A program made the translations under genes and the position numbers. Below, piece by piece: positions 13,451-26,031 of a stretch of DNA of 64,000 bases (positions within the stretch are counted from its first letter, which is position 1; each line of letters begins with the position of its first letter). A model generated the notes under the pieces. That model made no database searches, was not told the origin of the DNA, and saw only the letters and a list, made by a program, of their open reading frames with translations. The DNA is from Camelus ferus (Eukaryota): assembly GCF_009834535.1 (NCBI RefSeq), contig NC_045697.1, forward strand, positions 75,642,001-75,706,000. Reading direction: 5' to 3'.

Positions 13451-16019
13451 AGATTTATCTCTCTAATGCATATCTTATAGATATCAGTTCTTTCAGACAG
13501 ATACTTGCTCCTCCTCCCATTATCCTATTAGGTTCAACCCTTCTGGGAAATTGCAAGGAAAAGGCAACACAGTCTAGGCAGCAGGCAGCTCTAATGGCTC
13601 CAATCACATACCAATCACAGGCCACCAGGAGAATGAACTCTGTTTTCCCGTGTGACGCCCCTTCCAGGGAACAATGAAGACAGCTAGACCATGAAAGGCA
13701 ACACAGACTTGCAAACGCTTGATTTATTTTATGGGTTGCAACTTGGCAGTGGGTGAAACAAGAAACAGGCAGAGTATCCAGAAGTACTTGAGCACACAGA
13801 CCCCATCAATCCTTGAACACACAATCCAGGTCTATCCACTATCATTCCTCATCTTCTGCTACATAAAAAATCTGAGTTTCTTCTGCCAAATTTTTCTCAA
13901 GATGGAGCTAACCTAGTCAAGTCTTCACATCTTTCCTAAATATTAACCTATTAATTTATGTAAGACTTGTCTCTTTATAATATGATTAACAAATGGAAAA
14001 TGCCCTCTTACCAAGCCAACTCAGAGTGGTATAGGCAGAGTTAAGTCTTTTACCTGTGCCTGTACATGTACCCAACTTGTCTGAACCCCAAGTAAGCACT
14101 CACCTTGTTCCCAGGACACAAGTATCCAGAAACAGGGCAGAACCCTTCTTCTATAGCTCATTGACTAGATTTATCTTATTGCTAAAGATACTTCCACTCA
14201 AAACCCCAAGCCCGATATTGTTTTTTATTAATTCAACATGAACTAGATTAAGAACTCAGCTCCCAATGTCTTTCATAAGACCTTATACCACATCCTAGTG
14301 TGACTTATAGTCCTTAAATTAAATTTCTATGTTAATACGTCCCAGTTGTATCAGCTAGTCTTGATACAATCTCTCCTCTCCTCCAATACAATGGTTTTCA
14401 CTTCTCATCTATACTTAATGGGACTTTCTATTTGAACTTGACATCAGAAGTATGTGAAAATTCCAAGGCACAAATTATAGCAGGCTCAAAGGACTGGGAG
14501 TTCAATGAAGTTCTCAGTGTCAATAAACTTTTAAACATCTGTATAATGTAAGAACTAATCCTTGATCATATGACCTCAAAGACCTTCACAATCTCTTTCT
14601 TTCTGCACACCCCTAACAGTTACTTAAAATTTCTTTAAGACATTCCCTCTCAAAATTATTCACAGATTCAGATTTGAGGGTTGGCCTCAAGCTTACACAC
14701 AATCCCAGAGCCCTCATTTTTAGCAATACTTTAATAGACCATGCTTTCTGATCATACCACAAACCTTCCACTAAGTCCCCCCATTAGACATAATTGTCAC
14801 TTAAGGACTAGCAAAGTAGATTGGCATGTCCTCGGCAAATAACATGATAAACATTGAACTAAAAGCTAGGTCTCCATTACTATTGAGATTGTCAATATAG
14901 TCTTTTTAAAAATTATAATTAAAATTTCCATTAGAAACACAGAAAGACCTCTTTGCTAAATTGAAAAGGCCAAAACTAGTACAAAGAGAAGATTCCAAGT
15001 TTTTGAAAGGTCATTATGAACAACAGAATTTTTTTAACTATTTAAAAAAAAATTGGCACTACCTCTTGAAATAAGTTGAAAGACAAAATAAGCTAAAATG
15101 TGAAGCCTATAACCAGGGTGCCCAGTCTGCCGGTTCCTTGCCAAAATAGTCCCAGAATCGCAACTCTGTTGCTTTACTCTTGCCTTTCATGTTTGAAGAA
15201 TTTTCCTTTCATCAAATCCATTACAGCGTGGGACTCCACAGTATTCTGAAGGCAAGCTTGGAACTTGAGACAACTAATGACAGGGCGGTTTCCCACAGGC
15301 AGACCTTCAGGAAGAGGTGGACAGATGAGCCCAATTTAGGGGTCTCTTTTCAAGGAGACTCAGGAGCCAAAAAATGAACTAAAAGGCAACAAAAAGCTTA
15401 ATCTGGAAGACACCCAGGCAAACTGGAAACACGTATTGAAGGTGCATCACTTTTTTTCATTGTAACTCCAATAAACTCTCTCAACTTCCAGCTTAATTAC
15501 ACAGTGACTAAATTTAACCACTAATTCAACCAAATGGTTGACAATTAAGCCATTCACTACTATTATTAATTATATAATAATAATCACAGAAGAGTTAAAA
15601 AGTTACCTCCATCCAGCTGGAGCCCAAAGGGCCAAGAAGCCTTTCATGGGCATCTGTAAGGAAACTAGGGGAAAGGATTTCTTTTGTAACCTTGTAAGGA
15701 ATCAGGTTTCCAGGCAGCTCACTTTATAAACATACACTAAGTCAATCAGCTGACCTGCCAGTCTCACTGACACAGTTTCTTGAAGGGTAAGGAAATATAG
15801 TACAAGAAATAAGAATTTATCTCATAAGCTGTACCCAGCATCACTGAGGAAACAGGAGCAGGTAACAGTGGCCTAAAGGCAGCTGGTGATTATGAGCAAA
15901 ATGGCTTACTGGCAAGTTCCTTTCTGAACAAAATCTTGTTTCTCTTTTTAAAGTACTGAACAATCAGCCCCATTCCCCTCAGCTATACATTTTCTCAAGT
16001 CATCAGCTCTCCTATTCTA

Positions 16020-16245
16020 CCAAATAATAATCACTATTATATATTGAGCAGCAGGCTAAACACTGTATTGTCTCATTTAAAATCTCATAGCACTCCTCAG
16101 AAAAAAAAATTTCCCCTTCTTTTCATAAATGAAGGACATGGAAACTGAGTTTTAAAGAGCTTAAGTAACTCATCCAAGTTTGCACAAATTGCAACGGTGA
16201 GATTTACATCCAGGTATTACTGGTTCCAAAGCTGCCTCTAACCAC
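16020..16245 (-). mobile_element. MIR SINE
   Basis: tctcatttaa...ggaaactgagtt...ttaagtaactcatccaag. Confidence 0.65.
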
Positions 16246-16566
16246 ATTTAGGTCTAATATAAGGAATGAATATCTAGTAAAACCTTACAACATTGTACCT
16301 TCATTTTTTATAGTTTCTTCTCATTTTAACATTCTATCATGGGGGGGAAAATGTGTTAGCCAGAAAGTGGCATTGTTTAAAGTGCTCAGAATACAGCAAC
16401 ACAAATTAGCATTCAGAAACCATGAGCTTAGGGTCCTAATTTGACACAGAAGCTTGTAGTTACTGACTTCTTGACCAAAAAATCTTGAAGGATGTTTCTG
16501 GTTTTAAGGAAAGAGATAGCATTCCAAGGGGCTGAGTTTCAAAGGCAGTGGAAAGATTATCTATAT

Positions 16567-17030
16567 TGTTGGGCTACACCACCCAAGCCTGCAAAGCTAG
16601 CTTCAAGATCGAAGAGTATAGAGTCGGCAACAGAGACATCAATGGTTTAATGCACAGAGGGGTCTTACATGTCTGAAGCAAGGTCCTGGAGCAGCACCCT
16701 ACCATGTACAGTAGACACACAGGAAAGACATGGTGGCAGGCTTCACTCCCAGTGGGGGCAAAGGGAAGTTACCAATTATAGGGGAACTTGACATTAGCCT
16801 GGTTCTTCTGTTGGTTACCAGGGAAATCAGCAGAGTAGCATGCCCCTCAAAGCCCCTTTGATATGCTATCATAGTGGAGATGTTCTTATCTAAGGCTGGA
16901 AAAATCATTAGCTGGGGCAAGTATGTAGGAAGGTCAGTCATATGAGTAGGTGTAGGTGAAGTAGGCACTGGTCAAGCAGACTATGTACAGAGAGCAAGAG
17001 AACAGCCACCTTCAGAGGTCTGACCATACA
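16567..17030 (-). mobile_element. Solo ERV LTR (464 bp), family unassigned
   Basis: TG...CA termini (TGTTGGG...CCATACA), 5-bp flanks TATAT/TGTAT (TSD with one mismatch), and ATTAAA on the minus strand ~80 bp from its 3' end. Confidence 0.65.
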
Positions 17031-17280
17031 TGTATCCCAGAAGAAAGGAAGGAAAGAGGAAAACTAACAACAAAAACTTTCTCCTCATGATAACTAAAAT
17101 ATCTTTAATCCTTTAATTCTTTAATATAGCTACAAAACAAGTTTTATATATATATATACACACATATATATAATCATTTAAATGATATATATAATCATTC
17201 AAACTAAGATGTGAATGACAGAGCTTATAACTTTCCTGAAAACATGTCCTTGAGATGGAAAAATAAAACAGGACCTTAGA

Positions 17281-17468
17281 ACAGGGTTCTCAAACTTGAG
17301 TGTCTATCAGAATTACCTGAAGAACTTGTTAAACAGACTGCTGGGCTCTGCCCCCATTACTGATTCAGTACATCAACTATGAAGCTAAAGAATTTACATT
17401 TCCAGAAAGTTCCATGATGTTGCTAATGTTGCTGGCCTCAAAACTACCCTTTCAAAACTGCTGCTCTA
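17281..17468. mobile_element. MER5A-type DNA transposon relic
   Basis: cagggttctcaaacttgag...tcagaattacctgaagaacttgttaaac...aaaactgctg. Confidence 0.8.
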
Positions 17469-18834
17469 AAACAACTGAGGCAAACTGAAGCAGAAGTTCT
17501 TAACAGAATCTGCTCAAATAGTAGCTAAATAGTTTTAAAATAGTAATTTGAAAAATACTACCTCCTCATCTCAAAACACTTCATGCTTCACCAGGAGTTA
17601 AAGGGAGATAGGAGATGACTCATTTAGTCAAGAATGGAAATGAATTAAAATTCAGAAGCTTGGATTTCTGTGGCTTGAGTATGTTTTTGGTTGTGCTGTG
17701 TTTACTCTTGGAAAAATGTGGCATCCCGCTTTTATTCTCAAAGGGCTTTAAATGCTTATTAAAAATGTTCTTTGAAATCAAATAGCTCTTTAAAGGCTGT
17801 ATTTTGATGACTTGATTGTAAATGAATGAAAAGCATATGGATTAAGTCACACATGGTTTTAAAGAACTACAGGCAAAAGTGTCTAATGAGACACATTGAA
17901 AGTTTACCAAATTGAAATATTGGAAAGAAAAAGTCACCAGATAGAGAAAAACAAGCTAACTTTACTCTAGCTGGCTTGCTAACTTACCTATATGTTAATA
18001 TCTACATGTTAAGAATGTGAACATCACCTTTAGGTATCTGCACTTATCATTTCTGCCAGGGGCCTAATATAATCCCTTACTGTATTCCAGCTTAAGCTAA
18101 CAACCCAAATGCGTAATTATTAAAAAAAATTATTCTGAAATAGGAGTTTCAGATAAATAATTAATAAGATAAATAATATTTGCCTTCTGCCCCCGGCTGA
18201 GCTTCAGCACCTATTGCATTATCATTAGTCAGTTATCCACATGTACAAAACATATGTGGTAAATAATATTTTTAGATCTTAACTAATATTTTTCTTAGAG
18301 ATTTACTTTTTTCCCTCCCAAAGCACATTTTAGAACAATGCTTTCCTGTGTTTGTTGCAGAGGAAAGGGAAAAAACAGAGTAGAAGGGATTCAAACGGAG
18401 GATCTACTTGGCTTTGTGTTTCAAAAACAATGAATGCAGGAGAATCCAGAGAAAAGAAAAATGGGTTGAGGGTTGGAGTTTGAATCTGTGGGTTTCTACA
18501 GCTCTGAGTAAGGAAATGGAAGATATGTAAATAGTGAGGAGAGTGATCAGACTAAGAGGCTGGACCTAAAAGACCCAGAGACAGAAATGCAGGACCCACT
18601 ATGAAAGCAGAGTCAGCATCTGGGCTGCATTTGAGTGAATACTAAACATGACCTCTGCTCCATAACCACATCATCATTCCTTCCCGCATGGCAGTTGGAG
18701 CCCTCTTGGGGTGGTGTTCTTATACTACTGATTTACTCCTTCTGCTTATTTTTCATGGTCAGTCTTTCCAGGAACCTGTCTGTGTTACGAAAGTTATTAT
18801 GTTATTAAAGCCTTCAAACAGTCAGATTTCAGAG

Positions 18835-19020
18835 GTTTTTTTTACATTTTTTTTATTGAGTTATAGACAGTTTACAATGTTGTGTCAATTTCCAGCATAG
18901 AGCACAATTTTTCAGTTATACATGAACATACATATATTCATTGTCACATTCTTTTTCACTGTGAGCTACCACAAGATCTTGTATATATTTCCCTGTGCTA
19001 TAGAGTATAATCCTGTTTTG
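18835..19020 (-). mobile_element. Short young L1 3'UTR insertion
   Basis: Poly(T) then ttattgagttatagacagtttacaatgttgtgtcaatttcc...ttccctgtgctata. Confidence 0.85.
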
Positions 19021-19589
19021 ATAATCATCTCTGTTGGTTTTTGTTTGTTTGCTTGCTTTTAATGTCATATTTGTTATTTCCTTTCTTCTATTATTTTTGT
19101 ATTTCTTCCATGTTATTTTCCTAGCTTTATGTGTTAAATCTTAATATTTTATGCTAATTTTTAGGAAAGACATATTAGGCTATAAATCTTCCTCTGAGTC
19201 CTGCTATAGCTGCATCTCAGTAATTTTCATATGCATTAGTTTTATTGTCATATATTTCAAAATTACAATTTACTTTTTCTTTTTAATGCTTAGTTTACTT
19301 AGAATTACATTTTCTAAGTTCCAAATACATAAGAATAGTTTTTAAATTTTTTTATTGTTGATTTTTAATCTATGGGTATTTTGGACAGGGAATATGATCT
19401 TTACGAATTGGGCAATTGTTATTAATGTTCTAAGTCATTCTTGGAAAAAAGTATGTGTTATCTAATCTTTAAGCTCAGTCATATCTAAATCAACTTAAGT
19501 ACATCATTAAAATTTTCTAAATACTTGTTAAATTTTGCCTTGTTGGTCTATTATTTATGACACTCCTCACACTCAATATGCAAGCAATT

Positions 19590-22030
19590 TATTAGTTTCT
19601 GCCTTATCTCTTCTGTATTTCTTTTTGCGTACACAAGCATGTATTTTTTTCTTATTTCCCTTTTCTCTTACACAAAAGATTTTATATATATGTATGTATA
19701 TATACATATATATATACACACATGCTTTTTGTGCTTTGATTTTTTTCATTTAGCAATATATCCTAAAAAGTATACTATATGAGTTAACAGGTTTGCTCTT
19801 TATCTTTTCTTATAGCTATATGTACTCTATTGTATAAATATACCAAATTTATTCACCCAGTCTCTAATGTATGGGCAAAATTATGCTTTAATGCATAATA
19901 GATTTTCAATTTTGGGAGGTATATCTTTAAGATAAATTCCTAGAAGTGGGGTTGCTAGTCGAAGAGGAAATGCATATGCAGTTTTGTTATATATTGGCAA
20001 ATTCTTCTCCATAAAAGATGTACTGTTTTTGCATTCTCATCTGCAATAAATGAAAGTGGCTGTTATCTTCACAGTCTGGCTAACAGAGTAAGTTGTTAAG
20101 CTTTTAAATTTTTGTCAACCTACTCGGTGAGAAATTTATCTCAGCACACTTTTGATTTGCATTTCTCTTATTATGAGCAAAGTTGAATATAGTTTCATAT
20201 GTTTAAGAGCCATCTTATACCATTTTTGTGCATTGTCAGGTCATGTCTCTTGCTCATTTTTCAATTGAATATCTTGTCTTTTTCCCTCAACTGTTATTTT
20301 TAAATGTATTAGTGGTGGCAACAGTTTATCTGTGATAGATATTGCAGATTTTTTTTTCACAAGTTGTCACTTATCTTTTGATTTTATTAATGGTGCTTTC
20401 ATTCCATGAAAAATGTTTCTTATAATTTTGTAAAATTAATCAATTTAATTGCATAAGGATTTTAAGACATATTTAGGAAATTCCCCCCTATGTATGGGTT
20501 ATAGAGGAATTCACCGTTTTCTTCTGGTTTCATTTTTTACATTTATATCTCTGATCCATTTGAGTCTTTTGTATGCTTTAGGTAATAGATCAAACAAATT
20601 TTTTTCCAAATGACTAACCAGTTGTCTCAGTAACATTTATTTAAAACTTCATCCCTGCCCCAGTGATTTTAGATACTCTTTATCCTACGATAAATTTCTA
20701 TGTGTACTTGGATCTATTTTGAAATTTCTATTATATTTCACTGATCTGAATTTTTATGCACCTGTACCTTACTGTTTTAATTATTATCTTAATTATTAAA
20801 AACATTTTTTATACAGAATCATTTGTAGTCCCTCCCATCCTTAAGCCATAGCACTTCCTCTACAATGTTTATTGGCTATGATTATGTCTCTTTTTTCAAA
20901 TATATTTTAGGATCAACTTGATTACCTCCAGCTAAACAGCTTGGTGGGATCCCAAGTTTGTTGGAATCACCAATGTATAAGTTAACTTCAGGAAAATGAT
21001 ACTGAGATGTTTTATCCAAAACCAAAGATGTTCCATTTATATTATTTAGAAGTACTCTATAATTTCCATATAAGTTTTGCACATTTCTTAAGCTATTCCT
21101 AACTAAGCATTTTATCTTTTTTTTGGAGGGGGTGCTAATATAAATGGGTTTTCTCTTCCATTATAATTCCAAAATAATGTTATTTGTGTATACAAAAGCT
21201 ATTTCTTTTAGCCTGTTAATTTCATATCTTGTTACCTGGTTAAATTCTTTTAATGCTTAAGTTAGTTTATTGCTGATTCCCTAAGTTTTTTAAATATACC
21301 ATCTGCAAATAGTTGTTTCCTCTTTTCCAATTCTTATATCCCTGACTGTTTTTCTTTGTCCAATTATATCAGTTTATACATCTAACACAGTGTCAAATAA
21401 TACTGGAGGTGGTGGGCTTACCAGTCATGTTGCTGGCCTCTGTGGGAATGCCAATTTTAGAATTTAAGTGTAGATTTTTTTATCTTATTAAGGAAGTGCC
21501 CATTTATTCCTATTTTCTCAAGTGTTTTTATTAAGATGGAATTGTGTTAAAGTCCTTTTTTTAGCATCTATAGGACTATCCATATATTTTTTTTCTCCTG
21601 AGACCTATTATACAGAGAATCATATTAAAAGATTTTCTAATACTGAATCATCTTTGCATTACTGATATAAATCACATTTGGTCATGGCTTGCTGTTTCTT
21701 TAATGTAGTGATGGAGTATTTGCTAATGATTTATTAAGGATTTTTGCATCAATGTTCATGGTTGATACAGTAACACTATCTTTATCAAACTTAGGTATCA
21801 ATGTTATACCAAATTCACAGAAAGAATTTGAATATTTTCCTTATTTTCTTTATCTTCTATACTCTAAAACAATTTGAGTATCATGGGGACCTTAAGGTTT
21901 AATGCATTTTCCCTTTGAACAAAGTTTTGGGCCTGGTGTTTTCTTATACATACATTAGTTCCATGATAACTTTCTCTATTTCTCCTATGAATATAAACTT
22001 TCTTTTTCTCTTGGGATTAATTTCGATAAA
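19590..22030 (-). mobile_element. Ancient L1M (L1MC/L1ME-type) 3' end and ORF2
   Basis: Degraded antisense L1 (aattcctagaagtggg, tgatttgcatttctctt, ccatctgcaaatag, tttttgcatcaatgttcat). Confidence 0.75.
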
Positions 22031-22200
22031 TTTACTTACTCTCTATTACCAGCATGTAATGTTTGATGTATACCCAAAAGATCTGCCTCATTGATTACGT
22101 TCTTTAACTCTTTACATTCTTACCCTTTTTTGTACATTTGATCAATCTTGTATTCTGAGCGGTATATTGAAATGTCTTATTATTTTTTTGCCTTAGCACT

Positions 22201-22676
22201 TGTAGTGGATTGAGTTGTGGTCCCCAACAAGAGACGCTCAAGTCCTGGCACTGTGTTCCTATGGATATGACCCAGTTTGGAAACAGGATCTTTGCAGATA
22301 TAATTAGTCAAAGATCTCCAAATGAAATAATCCTGGATTTAGAGTAGGCTCTAAATCTAGTAACTCGTGTCTTTGTAAGAGAAAAGAAAAGTACATTTGG
22401 ACACAGAAATACGGAGAGACACAGGGAAAAAAGGCCAGGTGAAAACAGAGGCAGAGATTGAAATGATGCAGCTACAATCCAAGGAATGCCAAGTGCCACC
22501 AGAAACTAGGAGTGGCAGGAAGGATCCTTCTCTCAAGACTACACAGACATCATGGTCGACTCAAAACATTAATTTTCAGACTGCTGACCTCTAGAACTCT
22601 AAGAGAATAAATTTCTGTTATTTTCAACCACCAAGTTTTCAGTAATTTGTTAAAGCATCCATAAGAAAATAGTATA
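22201..22676 (+). mobile_element. MLT1 (MaLR) solo LTR, MLT1B/C-like
   Basis: tgtagtggattgagttgtggtcccc...tttgcagatataattag...agaataaatttctgtt...aatttgttaaagca, with TSD GCACT/GTACT. Confidence 0.88.
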
Positions 22677-22719
22677 GTACTTAAGATATAACTCAACTGG
22701 ATAGAAAAATACTTGTCTC

Positions 22720-24241
22720 TCATTTTCTTTTCCTGAGTTTCTTGAAAATGCTGCTCAACTATACCTTAATAAGTTTTAATAAATCTAATGTCAATTTAAC
22801 TTTCCTATATTTATAAATAATTTGTACTTAATGATTTTTAATTTGTCTTTATAGTCTAGCAATTTTACTGAAGTCACAGAGTTCATTGTTTCAAGTCACT
22901 TTCACAGATTCACCCTGGGCCCTTTCAATATTAAATTTAGGTTTTCCCTAATTTTCATAGAGTTTTCTTGGATTAAAATTTAAAATTCTAGTTTTGTTTA
23001 ATTGCTATGTTTTATTTTATTTTTCCAGTAACTCCAATTATACTTGATTTGGATTTTCATTGTCTTTTAATTTAATCACTTTTGTTGATCCTTTTACTTT
23101 TTTCTTTATATTGTTTCTCTTGGCTGTTTTCCCACCTGTTAAAAACGTCTCTTATTAAATTGTCATTTAAGCCTATTCTCCATTGGGCCTTGTAATTTAA
23201 TCTTTTTTTTTTTCCTTTTTTTCTTCCCAGTTTCAATCAACCCTCATTATATTTCTTACATTTTTCATCATTTCTGTTCTTATTACATAAATTTTTGTTG
23301 TAACTTGGTTTTTAATTGCTCCAAATGCTTGCTTGATATTAAATTCTGTGTGGAGTATTATATTATAGTTTTCTCTTATTTACTGATTGATTCTTTGTGG
23401 AAATTTTCAATCAGTTGAAATATTTTGATTTTCACTTATATTTTCTTCTTACAATACTTGACTATGGAGTTAGCCTGATTTTTTCTGTGTTAGGCATTAT
23501 GATTAACCTGTTCAAGATCACCTTCCTCTTTCAGTAGAATGAAGTGCAGTTACTTCAGTGTATAACAAGACTGCTAGGCTGAAAGAAAGGAGTTGGTGTA
23601 TTTTCTTTTTCTTTTAATTTCTGTGTGATTCTTAATTCTTCCCTCTTACTTCCTTTTCTTTCTCTGCTATCCCTTCAGGGGAAGCCACATTTTCTCTATT
23701 TACCTCTTTTTATCCAAAAGCAATGTTTCTATAAGGCTGTTACCTCCAGTTTCATTCACATTCAAGCCCCCTCTTTATGGCTGCTGCTATAAACTGAGTC
23801 TTAGAACTTAGTTCAACATTGTAACCCTCATTATCAGACTCATTGATGGAAATTTTTTTTAACCTATACTACATCTATGGCCACCACACTCCTGCGTCCT
23901 GTGTCCCACCCTGGGTACCTACAGACTAGCCAAGGCAGTGGTAGCTCTCCTTGAATTGGTAGTTATTACTCTACTTATAAGGTATTTTGAAGTTTGTGAT
24001 ACTCTCTGTCTCCCAGAAATACTAGTGGCATGGGTCATTTATGGTTCCATTGTGTTCCATTTTTATTTTACAGTTTTAGGGGACAGTTTGTGGACAGGTC
24101 TGGATTTTGGTGGTCATCATCATCTGAGAGCCAACCAAAACTCTCTCTTATCCCTTTAAATATTTCCTCCCTTTTATTTCTCTCTTCCCTCCTTTCAGAA
24201 CCCATATTATACATATATTGGGCTCTACCTTCCATGTCTCT
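22720..24241 (-). mobile_element. Very old L1M/HAL1-like fragments (host of the L1 inserted at 24242)
   Basis: Degraded antisense ORF1-like phrases (aatatttcctcccttttatttctctc, tccatgtctct). Confidence 0.45.
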
Positions 24242-24244
24242 CTC

Positions 24245-25760
24245 TCTTTTTAATATTTAATTGAAGTATAGTTGATTTACAATATTGTGTTAGTTTCTGG
24301 TGTACAGCAAAGGGATTCAACTATACATACTACATATTCTTTTTCATCTTCTTTTCCATTATGGTTTATTGAAGGATATTGAATATGGTTCCTTGCACTA
24401 TACAGTAAGATATTACTGTTTATCTATTTTACATATAGTAGTTTGTATTTGCTAGTCCCAAACTCTTAATTTATCCCTCCCCCTTCCCCTTTAGTAACCA
24501 TAAGTTTGCTTTCTATGTCTGTGAGTCTGTTTCTGTTTTGTAAATAAGTTCATTTATATCATTTTTAGATCCCATATGTAAGTGAATCATATGATATTTG
24601 TCTTTATCTTTCTGACTTACTTCACTTAGTATTATAATCTCTATGTCCATCCATGTTGCTACAAACAGCAACATTTCATTCTTTTTGATGGTTAAGTAAT
24701 ATTTCATTGCATGTATATGTATACATACAACATCTTTATCCAGTCACCTATTGATGGACATTTAGGTTGCTTCCATTCTTGGCTATTGCTAATAGTGCTG
24801 CTATGGACACTGGGGTGTATTTATCTTTTTGAACTAGAGGTTTCATCTTTTCTGGATATATGCCCAGAAGTGGGAGTGCTGGATCATATGGTAACTGTAT
24901 TTTTAGTTTTTTAAGTAATCTCCATACTATTTTCCATTGGTGTTGGGTTGGAACAACTGCACCAATTTACTGCACCAATTTACATTCTTACCAAGTGTTA
25001 AGAGGGTTCCCTTTTCTCCACACTCTCTCCAGCATTTGCTATTTGTAGCCTTTCTAATGATGGCCATTCTGACTGGTGTGAGGTGATACCTCATAGCAGT
25101 TTTGATTTCCATTTCTCTAATAATTAGCAATGTTGAGCATCTTTTCATGTGCCTGATGGGCACCTATAAGTCTTCATCGGAAAAATGTCTATTTAGGTCT
25201 TCTTCCCTTTTCTTGATTGAGTTGTTTGTTTTTGGTTTGGGGTTTTTTTTTTTTTGATATTGAGTTGTATGAGCTGTTTGTATATTCTGGAAATTAATCC
25301 CTTGTCAGTCCCATCATTTCCAAATATTTTCTCCCAGTCTGTAAGTTGTCTTTTTGTTTTGTTTATGGTTTCCTTTGCTATGCAAAAACTTATAAGTTTG
25401 ATTAGGTCCCATTTGTTTATTTTTGTTTTTATTTCTATTGTCTTGGAAGAGTGACCTAGGAAGACATTAATACAACTTATGTCAGAGAATGTTTTGCCTA
25501 TATTCTCTCCTAGGAGTTTCATGGTGACTTGTCTTATTTTTAAGTCTATAAGCCATTTTGAGTTTACATTTTATATAGAGTGAGGGAGTGTTCTAACATC
25601 ATTGATTTACATGCGGCTGTTCAACTTTCCCAACACCATTGCTGAAGACTGTCTTTTCTCCATTGTATATTCCTGCCTCCTTTTTTGAAGATTAATTTAC
25701 TGCAGGTGTGTGGGTTTATTTCTGGTCTCTCTATTCTGTTCTATTGATCTATATGTCTGT
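24245..25760 (-). mobile_element. L1 3' portion (ORF2 C-terminus and 3'UTR)
   Basis: Minus-strand ORFs at 25193 (KWDLIKLISFCIAKET) and 24927 ([26 protein letters not shown]), with the poly(A) end at ~24245. Confidence 0.93.
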
Positions 25761-26031
25761 AAAACTCTAAATACTTTTAAGTACATACCTATGAAGTATG
25801 AAGTACATATTGTTATTATCTTAGAAATCCAGGAGTTATGAAAGAATAATTTGGGAAAGAAATCTCCATGAGAGAGCTAAATATTAGACTAAATACAACT
25901 GAAAGTAGAATGAATGAATTGCAAGATTTATCTGAGAATATTACACAGAGAAAAAAGAGATAGAAAATAAACATTTTTAAATGATATAACACTTATGCAA
26001 ATACAAATGAAAAATTAAAGAGACATGGATG

